Below the pieces are notes generated by a model. That model was not told the origin of the DNA, did not search any database, and saw only the letters and a list, made by a program, of their open reading frames with translations. A stretch of 64,000 bases of DNA, taken from positions 16 to 64,015 of the forward strand of contig CALXRW010000005.1 in NCBI GenBank assembly GCA_944390965.1, written 5' to 3'. Shown piece by piece: positions 37,750-46,670 of the stretch (the first letter of the stretch is position 1; each line of letters starts with the position of its first letter). The position numbers were made by a program, and so were the translations under genes. Source of the DNA: an uncultured Clostridia bacterium (GTDB taxonomy: Bacteria > Bacillota > Clostridia > TANB77 > CAG-508).

Positions 37750-39006
37750 TTACATTCCTGCTTTTGGCAATTTTTCTTGAGAAATTTCCATAGTCTTTGT
37801 TTTTGTTTCTACTTCCATTTTATCTCCTTTTTGATTATTCACAATGACTGTAAATTCTTCATTATAATCTACTTCTAATTGAATAAGTCCTTGATATAAT
37901 TCATATCCATTAGAGCTACTCGTTTCTTCTAAATAATAAGTACCAGGATTTAAAAAGGGAATCATAATTTTTCCTTGTTCATCTGTGGTTAATTCATGAT
38001 ATAATTCCACTTTATTTTCATCTAGTAGTCTAAATTGTGTATTTTTAATTGGTTCTCCTGTTATTTTATCCTTTTTTAGCACTATAATTGTGGTGTTATT
38101 ATAGTGGTAATCAATTTCTGTTATATTTTCCCCTAATTCTATTCTACTTCCTGTTAATGCATAATCTTGGAAACTTACATCTTGGGATTTTCCATATAAA
38201 ACTGGTGTAGTAATAACCTCTGCCGTACTTTTTATTTCAAAACTTCCACTTTTGGTTAAACTTTTAAGAGGAATTCTAATTTTAAAGATTTCTCCTCCTG
38301 AAAAAGTTTGTTTTTCCTCATTTTGTTGATTTGTTAATAAAGTACCTTCTGGAACCTCTCCTTGCAAGGTTAATTGATAGTTTTGGATATTTCCTCCTGC
38401 TTCTGCTTTAAATGTTCTATAAACATATCCTGTATTGTTTTCTAATTTCCATTGATTGTCTTGAGCTGTTATTGTTACATTTGCTGTTGGCTTTACTTGC
38501 GTAGAATTTCTTGCTACTGTCACAATTTGTTTCAAGGCATTTAGGGTTCTTTGTCCCGCTTCCCCAATTGCTTCATATCTTTCAAAGTTTCCTGCATCAT
38601 TATCATAAAGCATACAATACACCGCTTGTTTTGTGGCAACAAATGCCTCTATTTCGTTTGCACACCCTAATTCTTCTGGCGTTTTATAGGGAAATCCATT
38701 AATAATTGCTTTCCATACTAGACTATTTTGGATACCTCCTTCTACTGTCACTGTATAAGGTATTGTTTCCGTTACTCCTGGTTTTTCTCTCTGTATGCAA
38801 TAGGCCGGATATTCTATCCCATCCTTTTGATAAACAACATATGTTGTTAGTACTTCTATTCCATTATAGTATAGTAAATCTACATATTCACCTTTTGAAT
38901 ATAATTCTGCTTTTTCAATAGTAAAAGTAGCTTGCGTTTTACAACTTATTCCTACCATTAATAATACAACCATAATAAATATACAACTTATTTTTTTCAT
39001 AATCAT
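37750..39006 (-). CDS. Secreted surface protein: thioester (TQXA-type) domain + SpaA/CnaB-like domain, C-terminal LPKAG motif without membrane anchor
   Basis: Signal peptide, AYCIQREKPG (Cys motif), INGFPYKTPEELG and FVATKQAVY (Gln motif), a prealbumin-like domain (IIVLKKDKITGEPIKNTQFRLLDEN...GTYYLEETSSSNGY), and the ORF ends ...EKLPKAGM-stop. Confidence 0.65.
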   Translation of the reverse strand: MIMKKISCIFIMVVLLMVGISCKTQATFTIEKAELYSKGEYVDLLYYNGIEVLTTYVVYQKDGIEYPAYCIQREKPGVTETIPYTVTVEGGIQNSLVWKAIINGFPYKTPEELGCANEIEAFVATKQAVYCMLYDNDAGNFERYEAIGEAGQRTLNALKQIVTVARNSTQVKPTANVTITAQDNQWKLENNTGYVYRTFKAEAGGNIQNYQLTLQGEVPEGTLLTNQQNEEKQTFSGGEIFKIRIPLKSLTKSGSFEIKSTAEVITTPVLYGKSQDVSFQDYALTGSRIELGENITEIDYHYNNTTIIVLKKDKITGEPIKNTQFRLLDENKVELYHELTTDEQGKIMIPFLNPGTYYLEETSSSNGYELYQGLIQLEVDYNEEFTVIVNNQKGDKMEVETKTKTMEISQEKLPKAGM

Positions 39007-39030
39007 TTTCCTTCCTTATTTTTTTAATTT

Positions 39031-39090
39031 CAGCTCTACCCTTGGCTCCCTTATGTAAGGGAGCTGTCGCATTTATGCGACTGAGAGCTC
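39031..39090 (-). other. GC-rich structured segment in the adhesin 5' leader
   Basis: Nested pairings AGCTCT/AGAGCT, GGCTCCC/GGGAGCT and TCGCA/TGCGA suggest a three-way junction. Lies 25-85 nt upstream of the start codon. Confidence 0.3.
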
Positions 39091-39135
39091 TTTCTTTTAA
39101 TTACATCTATACATTAAATAATGGGTATAATTTTT

Positions 39136-39207
39136 AAGTAATTTCTTCGAAGAACGGGCGATTAAAATTACCCCTACATTTTTTCATAGATTACTTTACA
39201 CTATCTT
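39136..39207 (-). repeat. REP-like element copy R5 (long form, stem degenerate)
   Basis: AAGTAATTTCTTCGAAGAACGGGCGATTAAAATTACCCCTACATTTTTTCATAGATTACTTTACACTATCTTTT. Confidence 0.85.
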
Positions 39208-39825
39208 TTAAGAGTTTTCTATTCCTTGTATACATCTTCTGTATTCTGGTTCATTTTCTACGCATGTAATTAAAGTGATTCTATTATCTTCCGTATTTTC
39301 TAAATAAGACCAATCTGTGTCTTTTATGATAGTTATATATTCTACCATATAGGTTTTTGTTGTATTTTTATAGGTATAATAAATCTTATCCCCTATTTTT
39401 AAGTCTTTAATATTTTGAAAATAATTTTTAGGATAACCTCTATTATGTGCAATTAATCCAACATTTCCTTTTTCTAAAGCAGTATGTTCAAAATGCCCTA
39501 CAAATTCGTCCATAATTTCTTTGGTAGTTCCTTCTTTTATTGGTGCAACTAGTCCTATTGTGGGTATCTCAATTTCCCATACATTTTCTTGATTTGTGTT
39601 TTCTTCATATGGATGTAATTCAGATACATCCACCATAGTTTCATTTTTTGTTTGTAATGTACTATTGGTTTTCTGACTATTCCATATTGCATTATTAAAA
39701 TTATTTTCTACTGTGGAATTTCCCTCTAAGAATAAAAAAAATAACAAAATTATGGAAGAGATATAAACAGAAAGCCCTTTTAGGGTGTACAAATGTCTAT
39801 CACCTCCTGCTTCTAATTTTTTCAC
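39208..39825 (-). CDS. Sortase-family transpeptidase
   Basis: TM anchor, catalytic His (GLIAHNRGY), TLxTC motif (ITLITC) and a downstream Arg (YRR). Confidence 0.85.
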   Translation of the reverse strand: MKKLEAGGDRHLYTLKGLSVYISSIILLFFLFLEGNSTVENNFNNAIWNSQKTNSTLQTKNETMVDVSELHPYEENTNQENVWEIEIPTIGLVAPIKEGTTKEIMDEFVGHFEHTALEKGNVGLIAHNRGYPKNYFQNIKDLKIGDKIYYTYKNTTKTYMVEYITIIKDTDWSYLENTEDNRITLITCVENEPEYRRCIQGIENS

Positions 39826-40321
39826 TATTGGGATTTTTTAAAAGAAATAAAATTACTTAGAATAAAATTTTGAAATTGCAATTAAAATTTTATGAAAACA
39901 TTTTATATGATTTTTGTTGTTTTGTAAAGGATTTTTCATTGACCTTTTTCGACAAAAAGAGGTTATCTCAAATAAGAAATCACACTTTATCATGTTTAAA
40001 ATCTACAAACTTTTTATCATGTTTTGTTTCTTATTATGGGATAGCCTCCTAATATAAAGGGTAATTATTTTTGTATAAGACTTCTACTTTTTCTTTTATT
40101 TGCCGATAGGCATCACATCCTTTCTTTTATTTGATTATTTATCTATATTTTTTGATTATTCGATATTCATTCCTCCTTTTCTCTATTTTCTATTTTGTCT
40201 TACTTGCTAGCATTTATTTTTCTCCCTCCTTTCTTCTATGCCTTTATTTTATTTTTATCATATGTCCATTTTGTGAATGCTACTTGAAGTTTAAGTGTAT
40301 TTTTCCACTTCCTCAAAAAGC

Positions 40322-40362
40322 AAAAAAAGTACTGATTTTTCTAAGAAAATCAATACTTTTTT
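40322..40362. terminator. Bidirectional terminator downstream of the DUF5684 gene
   Basis: Stem AGTACTGATTTT(T)C / GAAAATCAATACT with flanking A- and T-runs. Confidence 0.6.
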
Positions 40363-40377
40363 CTGTTTTATTTATCA

Positions 40378-40837
40378 TTATGTATCTTCCTTTATTACTT
40401 CTTCTGATATAACTTCTGCTTTTACTTCATTGTTGAATCCATATTCTGCTTTGCCAAAAGCTAACATCATTTCAAAAATAACTGGTAAAAATATTAACCC
40501 AACAGTATATCCTTCATCTTTATGAAATGCTTTTGCTAATTTAATAGAAACAGGTATACTCATTCCAAGTGTTACCGTCCATGTAGGAATAAAAGGAATC
40601 AACCCAGCAAGATAAATAAATAAGAGCCAAGGAGATAATCCAATTAATTTGTAAAGTGTAATGGAACTGTAAATGGGTACAATTGCTTTCCATCCCTCTT
40701 CTCCTGCTTTTACAAAGATTTTCCATCTTGCAATGATTCTTAGTATTATACATGCTAATGATATAACTAATATGATGATTACATATGCCATAATAAATGT
40801 AAGAAATATTCCTAAAATTGCTTCTAATTCATCCATA
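40378..40837 (-). CDS. DUF5684-family small membrane protein
   Basis: RWKIFVKAGEEGWKAIVPIYSSITLYKLIG ... LAKAFHKDEGYTVGLIFLPVIF..LAFG. Start set at ATG 40837 behind GAGGTGA. Confidence 0.7.
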
Positions 40838-40953
40838 GCTTTCACCTCTTTATAGTTTCTATTATGCCATATTTGCTTTAATTTGTCAATTTTTACAATA
40901 TTCCTATTTTGGAATTTCTCCACAAAAAAAGAACAAGTTTCCCTGTTCTTTTC

Positions 40954-41069
40954 TTATTGCATAGGAAAAATCGTCAGATTTTTCCGGAGCAACAAGGTTA
41001 AGTTACCTATGTTTTCGTGCGATTGCGAAGCAATCTGTACATGTGGCGAAGCCACTTTTCTTATTATAC
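40954..41069 (+). repeat. Family-2 intergenic repeat, copy C1
   Basis: Hairpins GGAAAAATC/GATTTTTCC, GATTGC-GAA-GCAATC and GTGGC-GAA-GCCAC, then TTTTC. About 98% identical to the reverse complement of 63935-64000. Confidence 0.8.
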
Positions 41070-41073
41070 TTAT

Positions 41074-41565
41074 TTATGGAGTAGTTGTTGTGGTTGTAGT
41101 TGTTGTTGAATTTTGTGGTCCTAAGTATGTAGATTTTCCAAATCCTAACATCATGTAGAAAACTGGTGGTAATAATATTAACCCAACAATAAATCCTGTA
41201 CTTTTTCCAAATGCTTTACCTAATTTATAGCTTGCAATAGATAATATAACAATTGCTGCAATCCATCCTATAAATGGAATAGCGGTTGCATAAATAATTA
41301 AACTTAATAATGGATGTAATCCTCCTAATTGGAATAGTACTACAGTATTGTGACCTGGTAAAATAGCTTCCCAACCTTCTCTTCCGGCTTTTTTAAATAT
41401 TTTCCACAATCCAATAATGTAAACAACAACTGATGCAATTAGAAGAGCTATCATAACAACAAAGAATATTACTCCCATAGTAGCAATCATTCCTGCAGCG
41501 GTAGCAGCTTCTGCTGCAGCTGAGTTTCTTGCATAGCTTGATGCATAATAATCATAATCGTACAT
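41074..41565 (-). CDS. DUF5684-family small membrane protein (paralog) with a poly-Thr tail
   Basis: LWKIFKKAGREGWEAILPGHNTVVLFQLGG ... LGKAFGKSTGFIVGLILLPPVFYMMLGFG, ending NSTTTTTTTTTTP. Confidence 0.7.
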   Translation of the reverse strand: MYDYDYYASSYARNSAAAEAATAAGMIATMGVIFFVVMIALLIASVVVYIIGLWKIFKKAGREGWEAILPGHNTVVLFQLGGLHPLLSLIIYATAIPFIGWIAAIVILSIASYKLGKAFGKSTGFIVGLILLPPVFYMMLGFGKSTYLGPQNSTTTTTTTTTP

Positions 41566-41679
41566 AATATTAACCCCTTTCTTTTTTTTTCTAACTCATT
41601 TTTACCATTTTTCTCGCATTTTGTCAAGAAAAAATAAAAAATTAATAGGAATATATTAAAAATATTCCTATTAATATAT

Positions 41680-44292
41680 CTATGCACCATAGTAGCTGTC
41701 TATTAATATTTGTTTTAATTCTTCAATTAATGGTAATCTTGGATTTGCTGTTGTACATTGATCTTCAAATGCTCTTTCTGCTAACATATCCACTTTTGCC
41801 ATAAATTCTTCTTCTGGAATTCCTGCTTCTTTTAAAGATTTTGGCATTTCTAGTTTGTTCATCAATTCTTTTACATTCCAAATAAGTGATTCTACTCCTT
41901 CTTCATTGGTAAATGCTTTCCAGCCCATTTTTCTAGAAAGATTTGCATATTTTTCGTCAGCAATAAAATATTCATATTTAGGGAAAGATACAAATTTAGT
42001 TGGTTTTGAACTATTGTATTTAATAACATAAGGAAGGATAATGGCATTTGCTCTTCCATGTGGGATATGGAATTCTGCTCCCAATTTATGTGCTAGAGAA
42101 TGATTAATTCCTAAAAACGCATTTGTAAATGCCATACCTGCTATTGTACTTGCATTGTGCATTTTTTCTCTTGCTATTTTATTGCTTCCTTCTTTATAAG
42201 CTACCTCTAGATATTTAAATACGAGTTCTACTGCTTTTTCTGCTAAACCATCTGTATAATCAGAAGCCATATTAGATACATATGATTCTAGTGCATGTGT
42301 TAATACGTCCATCCCTGTATCTGCTGTTATTCTAGCTGGTAATGTCATAACTAGATCAGGGTCAATAATAGCAACATCTGGTGTAAGTTCATAATCTGCT
42401 AATGGATATTTCATGTTTTTTACTTTGTCTGATATGACAGCAAATGAAGTAACTTCTGATCCTGTCCCTGAAGTAGATGGAATTGCTACCATCTTTGCTT
42501 TTGTTCCTAATTTAGGAAATTTATATGTCCTTTTTCTAATATCCATAAATTTTAATTTTAAACCTTCTATGTCTGCATCTGGGTGTTCATAAAATAGCCA
42601 CATTCCTTTAGCTGCATCTATACTACTTCCTCCTCCTAAAGCAATAATAACATCTGGTTTGAAGTTATTCATTGCTTCTACTCCTCTTTTAATGGTGTCA
42701 AAAGATGGGTCTGGTTCTACATCTCCAAAGATTTCGGAATGTACATATTTTTCTCTTTTTCTTAAATGATATAATATTTTATCTAAATATCCAAATTTTA
42801 TCATTGCTTCATCTGTAACAATAAAAGCTCTTGAAATATCTGGCATTTTTTCTAAATAACTAATAGACCCTGCTTCAAAATATATTTTTTCTGGAATTTT
42901 AAACCATTGCATATTAACCCTCCTTTTAGCAACTTTTTTTACATTAATTAAATTAACAGAAGATACATTTGCTGTTGTAGAATTTCCTCCGAAAGTACCG
43001 CATCCTAATGTTAATGATGGCATATTGGTATTATAAATGTCTCCAATAGCCCCATGAGTAGATGGAGAATTTACTATAATTCTTCCTACTTTTACTTTAT
43101 TGGCAAACTTTTCTATTATTTCTTGATTCTCAGAGTGAATAACAGCAGTATGTCCTAGTCCTCCGAATTCTATTAGTTTTTCTGCTTTATCGATTCCTTC
43201 TTCTGCATTATCAACAATATAATAGGCCAAAACAGGACTTAATTTTTCTTTTGAAAATGGAAATTCAATTCCCACTCCAGTTTGTAATGTTACTAATACT
43301 TTTGTATCTTTTGGTACTTCTACTCCTGCTCTACTTGCAATAGTATAAGGGCTTTGTCCAACAATATCAGCATTTAAAGCTTCTTCCTTTTCAGCAATAA
43401 ACATATTTTCTTTAATTTTTCTCATTTCTTCTTCAGATAAGAAATAGCATCCAGCTTCTTTCATTAATTTTTCAAATTCTTCTTGAATTTCTCTATCTAC
43501 TATAACTGCTTGTTCTGATGCACAAATCATTCCATTGTCAAATGATTTCGACATTACTAAATCATTAACAGATGTTTTTAGTTTAGCTGATTTTTCTATA
43601 TAGCATGGCACGTTACCAGGTCCAACACCCAAAGCTGGTTTTCCACAAGAATATGCTGCTTTTACCATTCCTGTTCCCCCTGTTGCTAAGATTAAATTTA
43701 CATCTGGATGGTTCATTAAAAAATTAGTTGCCGTAATAGAAGGTTCCTCAATCCACAAAATACAATCTTTAGGTGCTCCTTCTTTTACCGCAGCATCTCT
43801 TAAAATTCTTGCTGCTTCTACACTACATTTTTGTGCAGATGGATGGAATCCAAAGATAATAACATTTCTTGTTTTTGCTGAGATAAGAGATTTAAACATA
43901 GTAGTAGAAGTTGGATTGGTAACAGGAGTAACCCCTGCAATAATCCCTACTGGTTCTGCAATTTCCTCTGTTCCTTCTTCTTCGTTTGTAGATATTACTC
44001 CTACTGTTTTATCATATTTAATGCTATGATATACATATTCTGTTGCAAACATGTTTTTAGTAATCTTATCTTCATAAATTCCTCTTTTTGTCTCTTCAAT
44101 AGCCATTTTGGCTAATTTCATATGGTTTTCTAGCCCAGCCATTGCCATTGCTTTTATAATGCGATTAACTTGTTCTTGATCTAATGAAAGATATTCTTGA
44201 GAAGCAATTTTAGCTCTTTCTACCAAGCTATCTACCATTTGTTTAATTCTTTGTTTTTCTTCTTCACTTACTTCTTTTGCCATTTTCATCAT
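41680..44292 (-). CDS. adhE: Bifunctional acetaldehyde-CoA/alcohol dehydrogenase
   Basis: 870 aa. N-terminal ALDH domain (catalytic Cys in GMICASEQ) and a C-terminal iron-ADH domain (GGGSSIDAAK, His cluster HSLAHKLG). Confidence 0.96.
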   Translation of the reverse strand: MMKMAKEVSEEEKQRIKQMVDSLVERAKIASQEYLSLDQEQVNRIIKAMAMAGLENHMKLAKMAIEETKRGIYEDKITKNMFATEYVYHSIKYDKTVGVISTNEEEGTEEIAEPVGIIAGVTPVTNPTSTTMFKSLISAKTRNVIIFGFHPSAQKCSVEAARILRDAAVKEGAPKDCILWIEEPSITATNFLMNHPDVNLILATGGTGMVKAAYSCGKPALGVGPGNVPCYIEKSAKLKTSVNDLVMSKSFDNGMICASEQAVIVDREIQEEFEKLMKEAGCYFLSEEEMRKIKENMFIAEKEEALNADIVGQSPYTIASRAGVEVPKDTKVLVTLQTGVGIEFPFSKEKLSPVLAYYIVDNAEEGIDKAEKLIEFGGLGHTAVIHSENQEIIEKFANKVKVGRIIVNSPSTHGAIGDIYNTNMPSLTLGCGTFGGNSTTANVSSVNLINVKKVAKRRVNMQWFKIPEKIYFEAGSISYLEKMPDISRAFIVTDEAMIKFGYLDKILYHLRKREKYVHSEIFGDVEPDPSFDTIKRGVEAMNNFKPDVIIALGGGSSIDAAKGMWLFYEHPDADIEGLKLKFMDIRKRTYKFPKLGTKAKMVAIPSTSGTGSEVTSFAVISDKVKNMKYPLADYELTPDVAIIDPDLVMTLPARITADTGMDVLTHALESYVSNMASDYTDGLAEKAVELVFKYLEVAYKEGSNKIAREKMHNASTIAGMAFTNAFLGINHSLAHKLGAEFHIPHGRANAIILPYVIKYNSSKPTKFVSFPKYEYFIADEKYANLSRKMGWKAFTNEEGVESLIWNVKELMNKLEMPKSLKEAGIPEEEFMAKVDMLAERAFEDQCTTANPRLPLIEELKQILIDSYYGA

Positions 44293-44497
44293 CCTTTCCT
44301 TTTCATATTATTTTCTCATTTTTGGCATCTTATTCATAATGTAAAGCCTTCTATGCGGTAAGTTTTTTAAAGAATTTTTTCCCTAGAATAAATCCGGCAT
44401 TTATTATACCATACAAAAAAAGAAAAAAGTATTTTTATTTAAAAAAATTCTATTTTTCTTTTTGTAACATATTCATATATAAAGGAGTTGATTTTTA

Positions 44498-44707
44498 ATG
44501 GAAAAAAACACAGATTTTTCCCCTTATGATTTAGATTCTGGTTTTGCTGATATGTATAAAGACCCAATGATGAATCCTATGTTTCAATATGAACAAGCCT
44601 ACATGTATTACCGTTATTTAACACAGCAAATGGATTACAAAATAAAATGCAAAGAGTATGAAAAAATGTGTAAAAATGAAGGAAGACCAGAAAGAAGAAT
44701 TGAATAA
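44498..44707 (+). CDS. Hypothetical small protein (69 aa, Met/Tyr-rich)
   Basis: AAGGAG RBS 9 nt upstream. No known motif. Confidence 0.5.
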   Translation: MEKNTDFSPYDLDSGFADMYKDPMMNPMFQYEQAYMYYRYLTQQMDYKIKCKEYEKMCKNEGRPERRIE

Positions 44708-44711
44708 TTTT

Positions 44712-46016
44712 TTATTCTATACTTCCTAGTACCATTTTGGGCTTTATTGCCTTTTTCTCTGAAATTTGAAATGCATTTTTTACATTTTCAATTGCACCCT
44801 GTGCTTTTCCCTCATCATTTACATGCACAAATGCAAGGCTCTCCCCTATTTTTACTATATCTCCTATTTTCTTATTTAGAACAATCCCTACTTCATGATC
44901 TATTTTATCTTCTTTTTTCATTCTTCCTGCTCCTAAGTAAACAGATACACTTCCTATTTTATCTGCATCAATTTCTTGTACAAAACCTTCTGTATCTGCT
45001 AAAACAGGTAAAATATACTTTGCTTTTGGAAATTTAGTAACATCTTCTATATAACTCGTATCTCCTCCTTGGTTTAGTACTAATTCAAATAATTTGGCAA
45101 AAGCTTTTCCATTTTGAATTACCTCTTTTATTTTCTCTTTATTTTCACTTAAGTTTTCACCTTTTCCTGCTAATTTTATCATATAAGAACCTAATTCTAT
45201 AACAATCTCCTCTAAATCTGGTATTGATTTTCCTTTTAAGAATTCTATTGCTTCTATTATTTCAAGAGAATTTCCAATCGCCATTCCTAATGGTTCATTC
45301 ATGTTTGTTAATACACAGACTGTTTCTCTTCCAGCCTGTTTCCCGATTTTTACCATCATTTTAGATAGTGCTACTGCTTCTTCTTTTGTTTTCATAAAAG
45401 CACCTTTTCCACAGGTCGCATCAATCACGATTTTATGGCTTCCTGATGCTATTTTTTTGCTCATAATACTAGATGCAATTAATGGAATACTAGCCGTACA
45501 ATTAATAGCATCTCTTAAAGCATATATTTTTTTATCTGCTGGTGCTAAATCTAGTGTTTGCCCTGTCAAGCAAATTCCTATTGTTTGCGTATTTTCTATA
45601 ATTTTTTTGACACTTAAATTTGTTTGATAGCCAGGAATAGATTCTAGCTTATCAATTGTCCCTCCTGTGATTCCTAAACCCCTTCCAGACATCTTTGCAA
45701 CTGGAATACCCAGAGATGCTATTACAGGAAGTAAAGCAATTGTTACTTTATCTCCCACTCCTCCGGTACTATGCTTATCTACCATAATAGCTCCTATTTC
45801 TGATAAATCTACTTTTTCTCCAGACTCTGCCATTGCTAAGGTTAAGTCCGTAATTTCTTTTTCTTTCATTCCATTAATATATATTGCCATAATAAGAGCC
45901 GCTGCTTGATAATCAGGAATATTTCCTCTGGTATATTCTGTTATGAAATAATTAATCTCTTCTTTATTTAATTCTTGTTTGTCTCTTTTTTTCCCTATAA
46001 TTGTTAAAATATCCAC
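44712..46016 (-). CDS. pdp: Pyrimidine-nucleoside (thymidine) phosphorylase
   Basis: Motifs DKHSTGGVGDK, SGRGLGITGGTIDKLESIPG and a C-terminal PYNP domain. Confidence 0.93.
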   Translation of the reverse strand: MDILTIIGKKRDKQELNKEEINYFITEYTRGNIPDYQAAALIMAIYINGMKEKEITDLTLAMAESGEKVDLSEIGAIMVDKHSTGGVGDKVTIALLPVIASLGIPVAKMSGRGLGITGGTIDKLESIPGYQTNLSVKKIIENTQTIGICLTGQTLDLAPADKKIYALRDAINCTASIPLIASSIMSKKIASGSHKIVIDATCGKGAFMKTKEEAVALSKMMVKIGKQAGRETVCVLTNMNEPLGMAIGNSLEIIEAIEFLKGKSIPDLEEIVIELGSYMIKLAGKGENLSENKEKIKEVIQNGKAFAKLFELVLNQGGDTSYIEDVTKFPKAKYILPVLADTEGFVQEIDADKIGSVSVYLGAGRMKKEDKIDHEVGIVLNKKIGDIVKIGESLAFVHVNDEGKAQGAIENVKNAFQISEKKAIKPKMVLGSIE

Positions 46017-46028
46017 TTTGAACTCCTT

Positions 46029-46664
46029 TTAAACAAAATTTTTAATAAAGCTCTTTCTATGTAAAGGACATGGCCCAAATTCTTTCAATGCTTGGATATG
46101 GCTTGCTGTTCCATATCCTTTATGCTTTTTAAATCCATATTGTGGGTAAATTTCGTCCCATTCTTGCATTATGTGGTCTCTTGTTACTTTTGCAATAATA
46201 GAAGCTGCTGCAATACTGTAACATTTAGCATCTCCCTGTATAATAGATGTATAGGGAATTTGATGTGTATCAATATGTTCTAATGCATCTACTAAAATTC
46301 TCTCTGGTTTAAATTTCATTCCTTCTATAGCGATGGTAAGTGCCTTTTTAGTCGCATTTAGAATATTAAGTTCATCTATGTCTTCCTGATTTACAATCCC
46401 TACTTGCCAACATATGGCTTCTTGAGTAATTTGTTGATATAGAATTTCTCGCTTTTTTTCTGATACTTTTTTAGAATCATTTACCCCTTCAATCCACGAA
46501 TTTTCTGGGAGAATACAGCATGCCACAACCACTGGTCCCGCCAGTGGTCCTCTTCCTGCTTCATCAATTCCTGCAATTTTGCTAATTCCCTCTTTGTAAA
46601 GTTTATCCTCATATTCTTTTAGTTTTGTTAATCTCTCTAACTCTTTTTCTTTCATTTTTTTCAT
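46029..46664 (-). CDS. rnhB: Ribonuclease HII
   Basis: Motifs GIDEAGRGPLAGPVV, DSKK and ASIIAKV. Confidence 0.93.
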   Translation of the reverse strand: MKKMKEKELERLTKLKEYEDKLYKEGISKIAGIDEAGRGPLAGPVVVACCILPENSWIEGVNDSKKVSEKKREILYQQITQEAICWQVGIVNQEDIDELNILNATKKALTIAIEGMKFKPERILVDALEHIDTHQIPYTSIIQGDAKCYSIAAASIIAKVTRDHIMQEWDEIYPQYGFKKHKGYGTASHIQALKEFGPCPLHRKSFIKNFV

Positions 46665-46670
46665 TCCTTA

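Noticed and set aside
39870-40525. + strand ORFs 39870-40052, 40131-40412 and 40295-40525 in the gap upstream of the sortase gene
   Set aside because: They have no SD and extreme F/L/I/S/Y composition. They overlap each other and the real DUF5684 gene end. The region is treated as non-coding.
40883-41158. + strand 91-aa ORF containing VVVVVVV
   Set aside because: The poly-Val run is the antisense reading of the poly-Thr tail of the DUF5684 paralog. The rest of the ORF spans the family-2 repeat.
41487-41690. 67-aa minus-strand ORF bridging the adhE stop and the DUF5684 paralog start
   Set aside because: It overlaps the 5' end of a better-supported gene in another frame and covers the intergenic promoter region. 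It has no SD.
44430-44497. Rex-like operator (TTGTAACATATTCATATA) in the adhE / small-ORF intergenic region
   Set aside because: The second half-site (TTCATAT) deviates from TTCACAA at key positions. The site is closer to the + strand small gene than to adhE.
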